Source: Lepidodermella squamata (taxonomy: Eukaryota > Animalia > Gastrotricha). Taken from it: DNA of 64,000 bases. Each line of letters starts with the position of its first letter. Position 1 is the stretch's first letter. A program made the position numbers and the translations under genes. Positions 63,896 through 64,000 of this stretch are shown here, piece by piece. Below the pieces are notes generated by a model. The model did not search any database and was not told the DNA's origin. It worked only from the letters and a program-made list of their open reading frames with translations. The DNA is taken from the NCBI GenBank assembly GCA_047495785.1, contig JBLDXI010000007.1, positions 4,340,001 to 4,404,000 on the forward strand. Reading direction: 5' to 3'.

Positions 63896-64000
63896 ATTTT
63901 CAGATTTATCTGTTAATGACCATTCACCCCTAGGTGCTCTCGGTCCAGGAGCAGAGTCGTTAGCACATTACATATCATATATGCATATATATATATATAT

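Overview
Eukaryotic genomic DNA, most likely from an invertebrate animal, with many short (about 40-70 nt) spliceosomal introns; the taxon cannot be fixed from sequence alone. Most real genes are spliced and are missed or fragmented by the ORF track, so the gene models below were assembled by hand. Left arm (1-12 kb): an ankyrin-repeat gene, a calcyphosin-like EF-hand gene, an NLR-like SAM-TIR-NB-ARC-ankyrin gene with one in-frame TGA, and an intronless flavin-containing monooxygenase. From 12 to 43 kb: a dispersed co-oriented family of small single-pass membrane proteins (signal peptide, Pro/Thr-rich ectodomain, TM, Cys-rich tail). There are 7 apparently intact members and 1 split by a ~13.5-kb nested transposon stack. 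Most striking are genes encoding a signal peptide, two tandem L-type (legume/ERGIC-53/VIP36-like) lectin domains, a Ser/Thr stalk and a complete Cys-loop pentameric ligand-gated ion channel (pLGIC) subunit. One paralog lies at 36054-41029 and two identical copies of a second lie at 47719-51021 and 55889-59191. Those two copies sit in an 8170-bp TE-gene-TE-gene-TE tandem duplication with the flank signature of unequal crossover between identical Tc1/mariner-type elements, or of an assembly loop.
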